IMG/VR virus record: IMGVR_UViG_3300010413_000043
Location: 1 to 53,750 of that record
DNA from: a virus
Reading direction: 5' to 3' (one strand)
DNA length: 53,750 nt
The notes beneath the pieces were generated by a model that did not search any database, was not told where the DNA came from, and saw only the letters and a program-made list of their open reading frames with translations. Of the stretch, positions 51,511 through 53,750 are shown in pieces (the first letter of the stretch is position 1; the number at the start of each line of letters is the position of its first letter). Made by a program: the position numbers and the translations under genes.

Positions 51511-51783
51511 TTATGTTGTTTCTCTTTCTATGCTAATTAAATTAAACCTGATTGTTGTTCCATTCTGGAATTGAATATATCCCTCCTGAACTCCATGACC
51601 GCAGCAAGCATTTTTGACACCCGTTAAATTTGCCAGACATGGATCATGACCATCATTAGTTGCTGTTTTTCCACATTTAGGACATTGGCGATAATCATTT
51701 ATAGTAATTCCATCCTCGTAAACCCACTCTTGTTTATAGAAGTCCCAAAAAACTAAATGACCGAAGTGATAAGCTGAAATCAT
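51511..51783 (-). CDS. Cys-rich hypothetical protein
   Basis: CPKCG...HDPC...ACCGHG cluster. The listed start at 51789 is TTG; the ATG is at 51783. Confidence 0.55.
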   Translation of the reverse strand: MISAYHFGHLVFWDFYKQEWVYEDGITINDYRQCPKCGKTATNDGHDPCLANLTGVKNACCGHGVQEGYIQFQNGTTIRFNLISIERETT

Positions 51784-51785
51784 AA

Positions 51786-51941
51786 TCAAAATATTATATC
51801 GTAAAAATCAAGATTATTAACCATGTCACATTCACTTACTAATGCTTTACTGGCTATTTCAATAGCTTCATTCTCTGTGTAGTCTCCATCAATTGTTATC
51901 TCAACATCAATAGTTACTTTGCCTTTAAATGTGTGTGCCAT
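51786..51941 (-). CDS. Small hypothetical protein (51 aa, below the ORF-track cutoff)
   Basis: I translated it by hand: MAHTFKGKVTIDVEITIDGDYTENEAIEIASKALVSECDMVNNLDFYDIIF. The stop is 2 nt before the next ATG. Confidence 0.4.
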   Translation of the reverse strand: MAHTFKGKVTIDVEITIDGDYTENEAIEIASKALVSECDMVNNLDFYDIIF

Positions 51942-51953
51942 TTCTTTAATTTT

Positions 51954-51989
51954 AAAAACCCCCGGAGCCTTCCAACTCCCCGAGGGTTT
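51954..51989 (-). terminator. GC-rich imperfect hairpin plus short U-run after the first gene of early unit 2
   Basis: AAACCCCCGGAG(51956-51967) pairs with CTCCCCGAGGGTTT(51976-51989), with one mismatch and a 2-nt bulge. Followed by 5 U on the minus strand. Confidence 0.5.
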
Positions 51990-52008
51990 GAGTTTACATG
52001 TATGAAAA

Positions 52009-52338
52009 TTAATTTAATTTGTTATTTATGTGAATTCTTACTTCAATTCCAGCTTTTTGAGCAGCTTTAGCAATCTTGAAAATATGATCAGAATTATTGA
52101 TCTTTTTTGTATTTTCAGTTTTATAAAAATCATCGATAATAATTCTGAAGTTCGGATGGTTAGAGTCTGTTAATTGTCTAAATCTAATATGTGTTAATAC
52201 CTCATAAATATTACAACACCCAAAACCATAACATTCAATAGGATAATTCCATGATGTGAAATTCATTGTTTCATATGCTATTTGTAAATAAATCATGTCT
52301 GATTCATATACTTTATCAATAATCTTTAGCTTTTTCAT
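52009..52338 (-). CDS. Hypothetical early protein (109 aa)
   Basis: First ORF after promoter cassette 3. ATG at 52338. Confidence 0.6.
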   Translation of the reverse strand: MKKLKIIDKVYESDMIYLQIAYETMNFTSWNYPIECYGFGCCNIYEVLTHIRFRQLTDSNHPNFRIIIDDFYKTENTKKINNSDHIFKIAKAAQKAGIEVRIHINNKLN

Positions 52339-52426
52339 GATGTTTCGTTTAATGTTTCGTTTCTATTGTATACTATACAAATATATGAAATGTTACTTTA
52401 AATGCAAAGAAATGTTACTTTTTTTT
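52339..52426 (-). promoter_or_regulatory. Early promoter-leader cassette 3 (2 copies of the leader repeat)
   Basis: Minus-strand TTTG (52408-52405), N19, TATATTTG (52385-52378). Same 52-nt core as the other two cassettes. Confidence 0.75.
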
Positions 52427-52435
52427 AAAAAAAAT

Positions 52436-52464
52436 AAAAAAAAGCCTGGTTGGGTTCCAGGCTT
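52436..52464 (-). terminator. Intrinsic terminator ending early unit 1
   Basis: AAGCCTGG(52442-52449)/CCAGGCTT(52457-52464) with a 7-nt loop, followed by a U-run on the minus strand. Confidence 0.8.
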
Positions 52465-52519
52465 GAAATGTTCATTTAAAGAGTGTCTAAATAGGTGTAT
52501 TAACCGTCTGTCATCAATA

Positions 52520-52527
52520 CAAATATA
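52520..52527 (-). promoter_or_regulatory. -7-type box TATATTTG between a gene stop and a terminator
   Basis: The TGTATATTTGTAT 13-mer is identical to the one at 38193-38205. No -33 TTTG at N19. Confidence 0.4.
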
Positions 52528-52549
52528 CAAAAATTATTTTCTTTTTTAC

Positions 52550-53074
52550 TTAGATATGTATTAAAGTTCCATCTAATTTTGATCTTTTTAACCTAATAAC
52601 ATTATGATCCCCGTATGCCACTAATGCAGAAGGCTGTTGATTACCGGTAATTTTTCCGTTTATATCCTTTATAGGATTACCGTTTATATCCATATATTGA
52701 ATACGCCCCCGAAGGAATAATATTGCATCAGCTTTACCAAATATATGATCCTGCCATGCTGCCGTATCTGTATTTACATTTATTAGCATTATACCGTTAT
52801 TATGTCTCGCCATTCTATAACACCAATCTCTAATTGTATACCCTTTTTGTCTCAAATAAGGAGGATTAAGCCAAATAGATCCGAATCTTTCCCAATCTTG
52901 TTTCATTCCGTCATCCTCTTCACAAAACGAATGTTTAGCCGTTGGCCACGGTTGCATCCATTTAGGCAAATAAGCCGGATCTAGATCATTAGCCTCGTGC
53001 CCTCCTAATGCTATTAAAATGCTTTGAGGAGTCAAATAAATATTATTCCCATCCTGTTTATCGAATCTACTCAC
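52550..53074 (-). CDS. Phage-type DNA N6-adenine methyltransferase (Dam, PF05869-like)
   Basis: DLDPA...WLNPPY catalytic motif and a 174-aa size typical of this family. The start is GTG at 53074, with no nearby ATG. Confidence 0.75.
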   Translation of the reverse strand: MSRFDKQDGNNIYLTPQSILIALGGHEANDLDPAYLPKWMQPWPTAKHSFCEEDDGMKQDWERFGSIWLNPPYLRQKGYTIRDWCYRMARHNNGIMLINVNTDTAAWQDHIFGKADAILFLRGRIQYMDINGNPIKDINGKITGNQQPSALVAYGDHNVIRLKRSKLDGTLIHI

Positions 53075-53516
53075 TATCTTTAATTTTCTGGTTTACAAAA
53101 ATTGCAGTTTCTATAGGTGTATAATCCTTTTTTCGGCATATTCTTATAGTATCGTTATGAACCATTGATTTGTGCATTAAAACACCGAAATCCTCGTTTA
53201 AATGCTTAAAAACTGATTCATTATACATTAACTCTTCCTTTTTATCGAATAACTGATCGTATAATTTATTTAAGTGATTAAATCGAGGTTTGAAATGCTT
53301 TGATTTTTTGTTGATATTAGTGATGATATGATTACATTTTTTATTGTAATCGTTTCTTAGTATGTCAAGAATTTCAATTTGTTGATTGCTGATGTGTTTT
53401 CCGGTTTTAGGATTGAAATCTATCTTGTTTATTCCCTCCGATAGATCGTTAATATAATCCTCTATAAGTTTATAAAACCTCAATTCTTCGCGTTTCTTTA
53501 TTCGTACTGTACTCAT
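53067..53516 (-). CDS. Hypothetical protein (149 aa)
   Basis: ORF with an ATG at 53516. It overlaps the HNH 3' end by 47 nt. Confidence 0.55.
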   Translation of the reverse strand: MSTVRIKKREELRFYKLIEDYINDLSEGINKIDFNPKTGKHISNQQIEILDILRNDYNKKCNHIITNINKKSKHFKPRFNHLNKLYDQLFDKKEELMYNESVFKHLNEDFGVLMHKSMVHNDTIRICRKKDYTPIETAIFVNQKIKDSE

Positions 53517-53750
53517 GTCTCAAAATGTTAGTTAATATTTCGTCAATAGGATATATTTTCAATTCTCTATGTGTGTGCTCATGTTCTGCAGCCGTATGGC
53601 ATTTGTGACAAAGTAAACGACTATTTCGCGGATCGTGAGCCATTTCAGGAGCTCCACCTCTTGTAATTATATGCGATACATAACCGGACCAATATTGTTG
53701 CAATGGTTTAACACATTCCTCACATATTTGTAATTTATTCTCATAACACC
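53470..53750 (-). CDS. HNH endonuclease, 3' part of the junction-spanning gene (see 1-340)
   Basis: HIITRGGAPEMAHDPRNSRLLCHKCH. The reading frame stays open to the window end and continues at 340-145 on the circle. Confidence 0.7.
   Translation of the reverse strand, partial: CYENKLQICEECVKPLQQYWSGYVSHIITRGGAPEMAHDPRNSRLLCHKCHTAAEHEHTHRELKIYPIDEILTNILRHEYSTNKETRRIEVL
53607..53750. repeat. Terminal direct repeat copy 2 (identical to 1-144)
   Basis: 144/144 identity with the window start. Confidence 0.95.

Overview
This window is a complete, circularly closed tailed-phage genome. The unit length is 53,606 bp, because bases 1-144 recur exactly at 53607-53750. GC content is low, gene order is siphovirus-like, and every credible gene is on the minus strand. 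I found no integrase, tRNA, rRNA, CRISPR array or reverse transcriptase.

Transcription units, read on the minus strand:
- Early unit 1 runs 10427 -> 400, wraps the junction and ends at 52550. It carries an XRE-like regulator, Sak4-like ATPase, PD-(D/E)XK nuclease, DnaQ-like exonuclease, SSB, a replication organiser, DnaB, two HNH genes, a RecU-like resolvase, an ASCH protein and a Dam-like methyltransferase.
- Early unit 2 runs 52338 -> 47422. It carries an SNF2-helicase/N6-N4 methyltransferase fusion, a MazG-like protein and a TerS-like protein.
- Early/middle unit 3 runs 47269 -> 38215. It carries RtcB, a C5 methyltransferase, a PAPS-reductase-like cluster and many ORFans.
- The late unit runs 38058 -> 10591. 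It carries TerL, portal, U35 protease, an HK97-type capsid, two tail-tube paralogues, chaperones, tape measure, tail and fibre proteins and a lysis cassette.

The likely host is in Bacteroidota. Four promoters fit TTTG-N19-TAnnTTTG, there are no Shine-Dalgarno sequences, and two proteins have Bacteroidota-style signal peptides.

Most notable observations:
- Three near-identical terminator-promoter-leader cassettes carry a candidate operator.
- A promoter-like box followed by an intrinsic terminator sits directly ahead of the late operon, resembling lambda PR'-tR'. Its short leader RNA is complementary to the early leaders.
- There are four methyltransferase-like genes, plus a translationally coupled PP-loop ATPase / Cys-rich protein / C5-MTase-like cluster that may modify DNA.
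- A GC-richer island carries rtcB and dcm.
- The tail-chaperone pair requires a +1 rather than a -1 frame change.
- Two signal-peptide proteins sit in the tail-fibre position.

Several ORF-track starts are TTG or GTG codons. I re-set those starts where an ATG was evident.
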